DNA from: an uncultured delta proteobacterium
GTDB lineage: Bacteria; Bdellovibrionota; FAC87; UBA2466
Length of the DNA: 64,000 nucleotides
Reading direction: 5' to 3'
Assembly: GCA_963778115.1 (NCBI GenBank)
Contig: CAVZSV010000004.1
Span: forward strand, 1,728,001 to 1,792,000
The notes beneath the pieces were generated by a model. The model was not told the DNA's origin, did no database searches, and worked only from the letters and a program-made list of their open reading frames with translations. Position numbers and translations under genes: made by a program. Positions within the stretch are counted from its first letter, which is position 1. Every line of letters begins with the position of its first letter. This document shows positions 8,347 to 17,235 of the stretch, piece by piece.

Positions 8347-8772
8347 CTAGTCAGCGATGGCGTGAGAGTAGGTGGAATCAATGGAGCGGAATCTGGATTC
8401 CATCTCATTATGAATTCTTTGCCATTGATCGGCGCTGCTCGTCTTGGAGAGTTTTTTCACCCCTTTCTTAAGAAAACGTATGTCTTTCTGCATTAGAGTG
8501 ACGCTTTCGAGAAGGGCTTCATAAGGTAACGTCTTTTTAGATTTTGCGACTATGACCCGCTGCAATCTTGTGGTTCGTTTTTCCCAGGTCTTTATTCGGG
8601 ATCTTGCATATCTCAAATAGGATTCCCTATTCTGCCTTTCGCTAAGATTAGCAGAGTTCGTTGACTGATTTGCGATTTTGATAATCGCGCTCTCACTGGG
8701 AGTGGCACTTACGCAAAGCCCCAACATCGCTACCAGGACCACAGGGAAAGAAAGTAAAGCAAGCCTTTTCAC
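8347..8772 (-). CDS. hypothetical secreted helical protein
   Basis: Signal-peptide-like N-terminus; basic amphipathic helical body. Confidence 0.65.
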   Translation of the reverse strand: MKRLALLSFPVVLVAMLGLCVSATPSESAIIKIANQSTNSANLSERQNRESYLRYARSRIKTWEKRTTRLQRVIVAKSKKTLPYEALLESVTLMQKDIRFLKKGVKKLSKTSSADQWQRIHNEMESRFRSIDSTYSHAIAD

Positions 8773-8801
8773 GCAAGATCAATTCTACTCCACTATCGGA
8801 T

Positions 8802-9374
8802 TTAACGACATCCTGCCCAGACGCGCAGTTTCACTAACGGAGGAATATGACAGCGGGGAAAGGTGACAGGTTGTACGGCGAGTTGCTCTGTGTCTTGTTG
8901 GTCACTACATCGTCCTGTTCCTTTGGCGTCGTTACAGACATAGAAGGACACGGAACCTTCGCGGGAGGAAGAAGTCGGCTCCAAAGTGATGGGTTTGGAA
9001 GGAGATTGAAAAAGGTTTTCCGAAAGTAAATCGACCGATTTTAAAAAAAACTCAGTCCTCTCTCGATTCGCATTCGGAAGTGAAGGGCCGAAGGAGGCCA
9101 TCAATTCAACCTCATTGGAATCCTCGGATTTAGCATTCCCCGATTCAATGGAGAGACGAGGAAGCTTAGCCTCTTCAAAGAAAAGCGTTCCTTCAGCATT
9201 CTTTGGACAAGCAGGAATAAGCGAAACTTGAAAAGAGCCCCCTTCACAGGAAGAGGGCAAAGAAGAAGTATTACTCCTCGCTCCGGCGGTAAGACCTCTA
9301 GCTAATCCCAAAAAAAATACGGCCAAAAAAAGGACGTATAACCGAGGGGTTCGTTTCGCAAATCGAAAGGGCAT
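8802..9374 (-). CDS. hypothetical exported protein
   Basis: 190-aa ORF with hydrophobic N-terminus and paired cysteines; no family recognised. Confidence 0.5.
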   Translation of the reverse strand: MPFRFAKRTPRLYVLFLAVFFLGLARGLTAGARSNTSSLPSSCEGGSFQVSLIPACPKNAEGTLFFEEAKLPRLSIESGNAKSEDSNEVELMASFGPSLPNANRERTEFFLKSVDLLSENLFQSPSKPITLEPTSSSREGSVSFYVCNDAKGTGRCSDQQDTEQLAVQPVTFPRCHIPPLVKLRVWAGCR

Positions 9375-9539
9375 ACTTACGATCGTAACCCTTTCGCCGC
9401 ACCGCTTTCAATTACCAGGGGCTGGACAGCGAAGATGCGACTGGCTAACTCGCCGTTCCGAATGGTATAAAGAAGATTGTCTTGTTTTCTTCACATGGAT
9501 TTCACAAAGCAAGATCCTAAATGACTCTTTGATCAAAGA

Positions 9540-10036
9540 ATGAAGAAACCAAATTTAAGCATTCCAAGACGAGAAAGCCTATTTGTAGGGATTGTACTTT
9601 TTCTGACCCTAGGGATTGGGGTTTCGGCCCAAGCTAGCTTTGGCGGACCCAATCCGATTTCCCTGCTCTTATTGGGAACTATTATCTTTGCCGTCTGCAG
9701 TGTCGTATTGGGGACGGCTAAGAATCTTTATCTATCAGATTTGGCATTCTCAAAGCGGAACCCGCGCTAAAAAATTCTACTTGGCTTCATCGGCGGTAGA
9801 GATAAGCGGCTGTTTTCTCTTTTGGATTTTTATTTCACTTTGATACCGCAGTAATGCTTATCCTGCTCACCAGCTATTTCTGTCTGGAGTCTTTCGTCAA
9901 CCCACTGGTAATGCGTTGGTTTAGTCCTTCGCTCCATTCGCAGTATTTAAGAAACTTACCGCTCTCCTTGGTTCAGGCATTCCTGCTGCCTTCGTTGGGC
10001 CTCATTGTTTACGTGCTTGCTGGATTCACTCAGTAA
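9540..10036 (+). pseudogene. membrane protein apparently split by two frameshifts
   Basis: Hydrophobic coding segments continue across three successive frames (9540-9770, about 9720-9843, about 9806-10036) and join into one multi-TM protein. Confidence 0.45.
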
Positions 10037-10071
10037 CTCGCTTCTGGTCACTTCTCCAATGACACCTCCAC

Positions 10072-10115
10072 CAACTAAATCTTTAGTTGCTATCAACTAA
10101 AGATTTAGTTACTAT
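10072..10115 (+). promoter_or_regulatory. BlaI-type double operator overlapping a sigma-70 promoter
   Basis: Palindromes CAACTAAA-TC-TTTAGTTG and AACTAAA-GA-TTTAGTT; TTGCTA(10087)-N17-TACTAT(10110). Confidence 0.85.
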
Positions 10116-10139
10116 TAGCCGTATAGGGAGAAGAGTTCA

Positions 10140-10529
10140 GTGAAAAAATCAAAAGACAAAACCACTACCAAGCTAACTGAGGTGGAACTGGAGCTAATGG
10201 GCTACCTTTGGAAGTTGAATGAGGCGACCGTAAACGATGTCGTATCCGCACTGCCTGAGGCTCGCAAGCTAGCCTATACCTCGGTTTCTACCATGCTTCG
10301 GATCTTAGAACAAAAAGGGGTGGTGGATTCCCGCAAAGAGGGGAGAGGCCACGTCTATTTTCCCAAACTTAAGAAAGAAGCTTACGAAGCAGCGTCCTTA
10401 AAGCATCTAGTTTCCCGAGTCTTTGATGGTGCCCCTTTGTCTTTAGTTCGTCGATTAATCGAAGAAGTGGATATGAGCGATGAGGAGTTTAAGGAGCTTC
10501 GGGCGCTTCTCAACGAAAGGCTACGATAA
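10140..10529 (+). CDS. BlaI/MecI/CopY family repressor
   Basis: LTEVELELMGYLW, LAYTSVSTMLRILEQKG, VSRVFDGAPLSLV. Confidence 0.95.
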   Translation: MKKSKDKTTTKLTEVELELMGYLWKLNEATVNDVVSALPEARKLAYTSVSTMLRILEQKGVVDSRKEGRGHVYFPKLKKEAYEAASLKHLVSRVFDGAPLSLVRRLIEEVDMSDEEFKELRALLNERLR

Positions 10530-12121
10530 TGTCTCCGACCTTTGTGCTGGTACTTAGAACTTACTTACAGATCATCATCGCTTTGATTGCGAGCTTTGTT
10601 GCTTTTCGGGTTGGTTTCACGCTTTCGGCAAACGGTAAGGGAAGCCAAAAAAGACTATGGCTTCGTTGGGCTGAGATAACTTTGTTCCTCTCCATTTTCT
10701 TGCCCGTTGTAATAGCTGGAATTCCCAAGAAGCACCTTTGGCACCCGATGGTCCAGGTGTTTTCGGGAGTGACAAAGAATAGTCACCAAAAATATTCGTT
10801 ACTCAGTCCTACACTAGGAAATTCTAAAGGGGAGAGCGAACTTTCAGGATTCGTCTTTCAAGATCGGCTGGTGCTGTGGATAGGGGCCATAGGGTTTGCC
10901 GCCATTTTTCTCCTCTTGTTGAAATCCGTCTGGCAGTTTCACTCTCTCTATAAGGAGATAACGAGCTTGCCTTTGATTAGAAAGATTGGTCGGCTTCGGA
11001 TTGTTTGCACCGAAAATCATCCTATCCCCTATTCGGCATGGATTCCGGGAGTGGGAGCTTTCGTGGTGGTTCCGTTTAGCTATCTGCCAGAATGGACGAA
11101 TCTGAAAATTGCCGTCCGACATGAGCTGCAACATCACCGTCAGGGAGATACTCGTTTAGCTTATTTCCTAGAATTACTGTCTGCACTTTTTCCGATGAAT
11201 CTTGCCATGAATGCATGGATTCGATTCATCACAGAGCTTCAAGAGATGTCCTGCGACGAAACTCTAGTTCTTGCAAAGAGGGTTTCGCCGCAGGCCTACG
11301 GACGCTGTCTGGTTCAGGCAGCGCAACACGCCGTGAGCACTCGAGGCCGGCTGGCCGGTACCACCAGCCTGGCCGCGAGAGCGAATGGCAACTTACTCAA
11401 AAGGAGAGTCGTCATGATCCTCAATCCAAAACTCATGCCTTCCCGTCGGTGGTTATCCACCGTCGTGGGCACTGGTACCCTGGTACTTCTTGCTACCGCC
11501 GCGATGGCGTCACGAAGTGCTATCCAAGATAGGAGTTTCACTTTGGCGGAAGCTAGTCACTTGAGTCACGACGGAGCGGGATTTCCGCTCGATATTAACG
11601 AAAAGGTCGTGGAACAATTAAACGACTTCGTGGGAACTCCGGAAGGTCGCCGTTTCATGAAGAGCTCATTAAGACGGCTGGAAATCTATCGCCCGATGGT
11701 AGAAGCCGCTTTGAAAACTCATGAAGTTCCCGAAGAGGTGATCGTCGTGCCGCTAATCGAAAGTGGATATAAAGACTCTAGACCTGTTTACCAACCGGGC
11801 GCCGGGCTTTGGGGTTTTATTGCTCAAACCGCGCGTCGGTATCATCTGATGGTAAACGGGAAGAGAGACGACAGGCTCGACGAGGAAAAGGAGACGGAGG
11901 CGGGAATGGAATATCTTTCCGATCTCTACAATTACTTCCACGATTGGCGTCTGGCTCTAAAGGCCTACAACGAAGGCGAAGCGCATGTAAAAACGTTGAT
12001 TAAAGAATACGGTAGTAATGACCCTTGGTATCTCGAAACCATGGCCGAGAGTAAGGAGCATTACCTCGCAAAAGTGACGGCGGCCGCTTTGATTCTGAGA
12101 AACCCATCCGTCATGCAGTAA
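10529..12121 (+). CDS. M56 (BlaR1-like) peptidase fused to an MltD-like lytic transglycosylase domain
   Basis: HELQHHRQGD, EMSCDE and LKRRVVMI in the M56 part; PLIESGY, GAGLWGFIAQTARRY and LALKAYNEGE in the SLT part; TAATG coupling to the repressor gene. Confidence 0.9.
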   Translation: MSPTFVLVLRTYLQIIIALIASFVAFRVGFTLSANGKGSQKRLWLRWAEITLFLSIFLPVVIAGIPKKHLWHPMVQVFSGVTKNSHQKYSLLSPTLGNSKGESELSGFVFQDRLVLWIGAIGFAAIFLLLLKSVWQFHSLYKEITSLPLIRKIGRLRIVCTENHPIPYSAWIPGVGAFVVVPFSYLPEWTNLKIAVRHELQHHRQGDTRLAYFLELLSALFPMNLAMNAWIRFITELQEMSCDETLVLAKRVSPQAYGRCLVQAAQHAVSTRGRLAGTTSLAARANGNLLKRRVVMILNPKLMPSRRWLSTVVGTGTLVLLATAAMASRSAIQDRSFTLAEASHLSHDGAGFPLDINEKVVEQLNDFVGTPEGRRFMKSSLRRLEIYRPMVEAALKTHEVPEEVIVVPLIESGYKDSRPVYQPGAGLWGFIAQTARRYHLMVNGKRDDRLDEEKETEAGMEYLSDLYNYFHDWRLALKAYNEGEAHVKTLIKEYGSNDPWYLETMAESKEHYLAKVTAAALILRNPSVMQ

Positions 12122-12136
12122 AAAAATAGGGCCTTC

Positions 12137-12179
12137 AAAAAGCTCCATCGGTACCCAGAGGTACCGATGGGGCTTTTTT
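12137..12179. terminator. bidirectional intrinsic terminator
   Basis: AAAAAGCTCCATCGGTACC-CAGA-GGTACCGATGGGGCTTTTT between convergent genes. Confidence 0.85.
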
Positions 12180-12184
12180 ATTTT

Positions 12185-12628
12185 CTAGCCAATCTCATCT
12201 CCGTGCTTCACATAGTGGCCGTCGGCTGGTTTAGGATGCTCCTGCTTAGGATGCGCCAACACTTCAGGTGCGGTGGGATCTAGGGGGGAAGAACTTTCCC
12301 AATTCCCCAGCCTTTTTTTCATGAGCTGCTTAAGTCTGCTTCGCGTAATGGCCTCCAAAGAGGGTAAGGGTAGACTCTGGTATTTGGTACTGTCCTCTTC
12401 TGGTGTTTCTTTAGCGGAATTTGCTACAACGGGTTTGGGTGTCACTTTGCCGTATTCCGGCCACGCTTGCCCCGCGACGAGCGATTGAGAAAGCGCCTTC
12501 TCAAACCCTTTTCGATATTCGTTAATTTTGTCTGCAGAGACGGCTTGAATCACTTCTTCGGCGAGCGACACACCGGTAGCCGTAATCAGCAGAAAGAAAA
12601 TCAGCGGGATTTGGTGCTTAGAGGACAT
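12185..12628 (-). CDS. hypothetical secreted protein
   Basis: Signal peptide ending VSLA; 147 aa. Confidence 0.65.
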   Translation of the reverse strand: MSSKHQIPLIFFLLITATGVSLAEEVIQAVSADKINEYRKGFEKALSQSLVAGQAWPEYGKVTPKPVVANSAKETPEEDSTKYQSLPLPSLEAITRSRLKQLMKKRLGNWESSSPLDPTAPEVLAHPKQEHPKPADGHYVKHGDEIG

Positions 12629-12728
12629 CGTTATCCTTGCTTATTGCCTTAATAGCCCACAATCAGCAGTCGCTTTCGACTCGTTGCGGAATCCTCACCC
12701 CCATTATAGGCGGTGAAATTCTCTTAGG

Positions 12729-13220
12729 CTATCCTTGTGATGCCGTCTGTACTGTCAGTAATAGGTTCACGTTGAGATGCTTTGATCCCACCAGTCGATT
12801 GGCATCATCATAAAAGTCCACCACGATAGTTTTTAGTCCTTTTACCGTCGAATTCACGACGAAAGGAACGAATTGATTTTGATCGCGATTGCTCCATGCA
12901 AGAGTCAAACTCTTTTGGGACTTCAATTCGGGATATTGTTCGGTATCAAAATAAACCCCGTCGGGAAGGTGAATCGCGGCGCGGGTAATTGCCGATTTTC
13001 TTAAATCCGCAATCTCGAATTTCACCACAAAGGGTTTGCCGACATAGGCATCGTATTGTGGAGCATGCCATACCAGGAATAGGACTAGCATCATGACTAT
13101 GCTTAAGATTGCTGTGGCGACTCCCAGCCATTTCCAAAGTCGGGGGGCGGTCTTATGGCTTTCCCCCGCCACGCCGCTTAAAACTGTCTTCTCATCTCGA
13201 ATGTCTTTTTCGTCACTCAT
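12729..13220 (-). CDS. single-TM protein with a beta-rich extracytoplasmic domain
   Basis: One TM helix followed by alternating beta-strand pattern; GAGGA upstream. Confidence 0.7.
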   Translation of the reverse strand: MSDEKDIRDEKTVLSGVAGESHKTAPRLWKWLGVATAILSIVMMLVLFLVWHAPQYDAYVGKPFVVKFEIADLRKSAITRAAIHLPDGVYFDTEQYPELKSQKSLTLAWSNRDQNQFVPFVVNSTVKGLKTIVVDFYDDANRLVGSKHLNVNLLLTVQTASQG

Positions 13221-13420
13221 CCGTTCCTCGTCTGGCGAGTCAATCGATTGGCTTGATGAGGCCGCGTTGCGATAACAAAGTTACGTAAAGCGCTAAGTTA
13301 CTAATGGTTACTAAGAATCGACTCAGAGCGAAATTCCCGGTCCCATTATACAAAAGAAGAAAGAAAAGGCATACCCGAGTTTAAATAAAATAATTTGAGG
13401 TTATCGACGGATAAGAATAG

Positions 13421-13448
13421 AAAAAGGGGACAACAAAGTTGTCCCCTT
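13421..13448 (-). terminator. intrinsic terminator
   Basis: AAGGGGACAAC-N3-GTTGTCCCCTT followed by a T run on the minus strand. Confidence 0.75.
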
Positions 13449-13468
13449 AACGTGAATCGCAAAAACGA

Positions 13469-13801
13469 CTAATCCTGATGCGGATGGTGCGGATGACACG
13501 CTTCCATCGCCGCTCCATAGGCGGGATCAGAAGACGCTATTGCCGACATGCACGCTTTCATTTGAGCACGTACATCACCACCGGCTTGCTTCGCCGTCTT
13601 GTGACAGTTATCCATCTCCGTTTGAAGCTTGGCCGCATCATCAGCGGACAACTTTCCCTTGGTGGGATCAGTGAGACAGGCTGCCATCTCTTTTTTCATC
13701 TCTTCGTGATGAGCTTTCCAGTTACCGTCTGCGAGGGAAAATGAAGTCAAACCGCAAACGGACACCAAAGTGGCTACTGCCATTAATGAATGCAATCGCA
13801 T
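13469..13801 (-). CDS. small secreted helical protein with four MxxC motifs and a His-rich tail
   Basis: GGAGG then ATG at 13801; signal peptide ending SLA; MAAC, MDNCH, MKAC, MEACH; ends HPHHPHQD. Confidence 0.75.
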   Translation of the reverse strand: MRLHSLMAVATLVSVCGLTSFSLADGNWKAHHEEMKKEMAACLTDPTKGKLSADDAAKLQTEMDNCHKTAKQAGGDVRAQMKACMSAIASSDPAYGAAMEACHPHHPHQD

Positions 13802-13938
13802 GGGACCTCCTGAGTTGTCAGGCATTATCCCATGAATAAAAAGCATGGCCTATTATTTTTAAGAAGGAGAGCAAAACCCGAGACGCACGAGTCTCCCTCT
13901 TTCGGAGCCCCCGACACGCGGGGGCGAAGTTAGTGCGG

Positions 13939-15684
13939 TCAAGTACTACAATTGGCGCTGTTATAAACGTTCCCACCCCCGCCATAATAGATGGCCCCTT
14001 GATTGGAATACCAATTGGGATCGGTATAGCTATAAGCCCTGCTGGGCGGAGGAGGGGGAGGCGGGGGCGGAACATATTGGACGTTAAGCCCACCGCTCGT
14101 GGTCCCGCCGCTCCGAGTGGCCACGGCTGGCGCTCCAGAAATTTTCCACTGGTTATTCTTCGGATCGGTAAAGGAGGCGGAATCACTCTGGGAACCGGTC
14201 GCACTGGATTTGGGATTCCATTTCCAAAACGAAGAGTTGCTATTAATGATCGCCAAAGGATCCGTAAAGTAGGCGCCCCCATTATCGACTGGCTCCGTCG
14301 GAGTAAAACTATAAGCCCCCGTGCGAGTATCGTAAGTCATAAGAGCGGTATCGATCGGAGATCCGTCTTTGGATTGGCGTTTCTCGTCGGAAACTTTCTT
14401 CCCGTCTTTATCTAGCAAATTAAAATCGCTGGTATTGGTAAAGTAAACCGTCTGTTCTTTGTTGGCTTTGGGATCGGAAGTATTCGAACTCCAGTTGTAA
14501 TAATTATAAGAATGCGTAAAGGCCGCTATCTTTCCGTCCTTTTGCATCTTTCCCAACTCGGCGGGACCGTACAATTTCTTATTGTCGGGGGTGCCGCTAT
14601 CGATAGGAGTCTTTCCATCTTCCTCCGTCTGCACGAAAAGAATTTGACCTTTTGCCTTATCTTGACCGGCGAAAGAATAGGTTTTCCCATCCTTGGTCAC
14701 AAAGGAAAGCTGGGCGTCTTTAGCCGCTTTGAAGAAATCCTCAGAGGCTTTCGCCGGATCTTTCTTGGCGGCACTTTCGTAAGATGAAAACATATCGGAG
14801 TAACAGTTGGCGCCTACACACTTCGCCAGGAACTGCTTTTTGGTGTACTTGTCTTGGAAGGCTTGAAACTTAGTTCCCTCATGATCAAACAGATTCTTGA
14901 ATTTAGTGGCCGATTGCGTTTCTGATTTGAAAGACGATTTCAAAGCTTCATCCGCCATTTTGGATGTGGGACCATCTACGCCCTTACCGTGGAAAGCCTC
15001 TCTAAAGGCGGCGTTGGTTTGTTGATCGGTCGCGGCAGTCTTAGAGAGATCTTCAATCGCCTTTTTCTTGTCGGCTTCACTGAGTCCATCCAAGGAATGG
15101 CGCATTTCGAACGCCTTTTTTTGCGTCGGATCTTCTCTTGGGAATTCATTTTTCGCGCGCTTACGAATCTCTTTTTCTATCGCAACACTCTTTTCCTTGG
15201 GGTCGGTATCCTTAAGGGCTTTCTTCGCAGCCAAAAGATCCTTGTCGGACATTCCTTTTGCATCCAGAACAGCCTTCAAAACGTCAAAAGATTTGTTATC
15301 GTCGCCTAGTTTATCCAGACTCTTTCGTAGATCGCCTTCCTGTTCATCAGAGAGTTTATCTAATTCTTTGTTGATCTTATCTATCGAATCCGAGTCCGCT
15401 GTTTCGGTGCGGGCCACATCAGAATCAAGCTTTCCTATAAGGTCTTTGAGCTTAGGGTCTTTTTCGAAAGCAGCCTCTTCGCGCGCTTTCTTGGCTTTCT
15501 TATCCGTATCCGAATCTCCGCCAGCGTGCTTTCCTTGAGAAGTCGTAGCAGGACTGGTGCTGGAATCCCCACTGGAACCTGACGTGTCATCTGCCGCAAA
15601 AGTAGGGGCCATCGCGACGAGCCCCCCCAGCAAGAGAAGGACATTTCGAGCCAGATTTAGGTTCATACTTAAGATCTTACTCAA
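13939..15684 (-). CDS. secreted Lys/Asp-rich protein with poly-Pro near the C-terminus
   Basis: 581-aa ORF, signal peptide ending TFA; alternative ATG at 15666. Confidence 0.8.
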   Translation of the reverse strand: MSKILSMNLNLARNVLLLLGGLVAMAPTFAADDTSGSSGDSSTSPATTSQGKHAGGDSDTDKKAKKAREEAAFEKDPKLKDLIGKLDSDVARTETADSDSIDKINKELDKLSDEQEGDLRKSLDKLGDDNKSFDVLKAVLDAKGMSDKDLLAAKKALKDTDPKEKSVAIEKEIRKRAKNEFPREDPTQKKAFEMRHSLDGLSEADKKKAIEDLSKTAATDQQTNAAFREAFHGKGVDGPTSKMADEALKSSFKSETQSATKFKNLFDHEGTKFQAFQDKYTKKQFLAKCVGANCYSDMFSSYESAAKKDPAKASEDFFKAAKDAQLSFVTKDGKTYSFAGQDKAKGQILFVQTEEDGKTPIDSGTPDNKKLYGPAELGKMQKDGKIAAFTHSYNYYNWSSNTSDPKANKEQTVYFTNTSDFNLLDKDGKKVSDEKRQSKDGSPIDTALMTYDTRTGAYSFTPTEPVDNGGAYFTDPLAIINSNSSFWKWNPKSSATGSQSDSASFTDPKNNQWKISGAPAVATRSGGTTSGGLNVQYVPPPPPPPPPSRAYSYTDPNWYSNQGAIYYGGGGNVYNSANCST

Positions 15685-15770
15685 TTACACGGTGGGTTGT
15701 CGAGCCACCAGAAGGCCATTTGGGGAATTTAGCTATGTGGCTGAATAGATAAAGTTAAAGTTGGATTTTA

Positions 15771-15786
15771 TGGCCGTTGAATTGCA
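15771..15786 (+). promoter_or_regulatory. putative sigma-54 promoter
   Basis: TGGCCGTTGAATTGCA: GG-N10-GC upstream of the thiolase gene. Confidence 0.45.
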
Positions 15787-15949
15787 GTGGACTAAAGCTA
15801 AATCCGCGACTGTTTAAAGGGTGTACACTTTGGGAATACCACAAGCTAACTTCTCATTCTAAAATACTTCCAATACTTAGTAGGTCTGTGATTTCATTTC
15901 CTGGAGCTGGCGTTACGAAGCCATCCGAATGGGAACTAAAGAGGACAAA

Positions 15950-17227
15950 ATGAAAACCAACAACAATGAAGTTTACATCTTGGGCAGTAGCCGGATTCCG
16001 TTCGCCAAGAGTCAGACTAGCTATAGCGACGTCACTCGAAAAGATCTCATGGTAGCCGCTCTGAACGGACTCATTGCTTCAGCGAAATTAGAAGGAAAGT
16101 TAATCGGAGATACCGCTTTCGGCGCTGTTATGAATAGCTCGCACGATTTTAATTTGGCCAGAGAGGTCGTCTTGGAGACTAGCCTTCATCCCGATTCGCC
16201 GGCCTATAATGTCCAGCGTGCATGCGGAACGGGACTTGAAACCGTTTGGGAAATCGCACTTAAAGCGCATACCGGATCCATCGATCTAGGGATCGCCGGA
16301 GGAGTCGATACCAATAGTGATATTCCCATCGAAGTTTCCCGTGAACTTCAGCAGTGGTTACTAGAATTAAATAAAGCAAAGACCGTTCCGGACAAGCTAA
16401 AGGCATTGATCCATCTCTCTGTGAAAAGTTTGAAGCCACTCATTCCCAATGTGAACGAACCTAGAACGCTACTATCGATGGGAGAGCATTGTGAATTAAT
16501 GGTAAAAGAGTGGAAAATCTCTCGCGAGGAGCAAGACAAGCTCGCTCTGGCAAGCCATCAGAACGGATTCAAAGCTTATGAAGCGGGCTTTTACGACGGT
16601 TTAGTGCATCCCTTTCACGGATTAAAGCGAGACGGAACGTTACGAGGAGATACTTCGCTGGAAAAGCTCGCGAAGTTAAAACCCGCTTTTGATCCCGCAC
16701 ACGGAACGCTAACCGCGGGGAATAGTTCTCCGCTGACCGATGGGGCCGCCTGTGTTTTGATAGCCAACGAAGCGGGCGCTAATGAACTGGGACTAAAACC
16801 CTTGGCTAAACTTATTGACGTTCAAGTGGCAGCGGTGGATTTCGTCCATGGAGCGGGTCTTCTGATGGCTCCCACCAAAGCCGTGGCTCAACTTTTCACG
16901 AAAAATCGCCTCGGCGTTAAGGATTTCGATCATTTCGAAATTCACGAGGCGTTTGCGGGGCAAGTCCTGTGCAATCTGAAAGCTTGGGAGTCCGAAAAGT
17001 ATTGTAAAGAGGTTTTGGGGCTCTCGTCTTCCATTGGGCCTATTCCAAGAGGGAAACTTAACGTCGTAGGAAGTAGTGTCGCTTTAGGTCATCCCTTCGC
17101 GGCCACGGGAGCTAGGATCGTAGGAACCCTAGCGAAACTTCTTTCCACTGGAGGAAAAAAGAGAGGGCTTATTTCCATCTGCACGGCGGGGGGAATGGGG
17201 ATCGCCGGAATCATGGAAAGTGTGTGA
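15950..17227 (+). CDS. acetyl-CoA C-acyltransferase (thiolase)
   Basis: QRACGTG, EIHEAFAGQ, GHPFAATGAR, SICTAGGMG; GAGGA before ATG 15950. Confidence 0.95.
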   Translation: MKTNNNEVYILGSSRIPFAKSQTSYSDVTRKDLMVAALNGLIASAKLEGKLIGDTAFGAVMNSSHDFNLAREVVLETSLHPDSPAYNVQRACGTGLETVWEIALKAHTGSIDLGIAGGVDTNSDIPIEVSRELQQWLLELNKAKTVPDKLKALIHLSVKSLKPLIPNVNEPRTLLSMGEHCELMVKEWKISREEQDKLALASHQNGFKAYEAGFYDGLVHPFHGLKRDGTLRGDTSLEKLAKLKPAFDPAHGTLTAGNSSPLTDGAACVLIANEAGANELGLKPLAKLIDVQVAAVDFVHGAGLLMAPTKAVAQLFTKNRLGVKDFDHFEIHEAFAGQVLCNLKAWESEKYCKEVLGLSSSIGPIPRGKLNVVGSSVALGHPFAATGARIVGTLAKLLSTGGKKRGLISICTAGGMGIAGIMESV

Positions 17228-17235
17228 GTAAGAGG

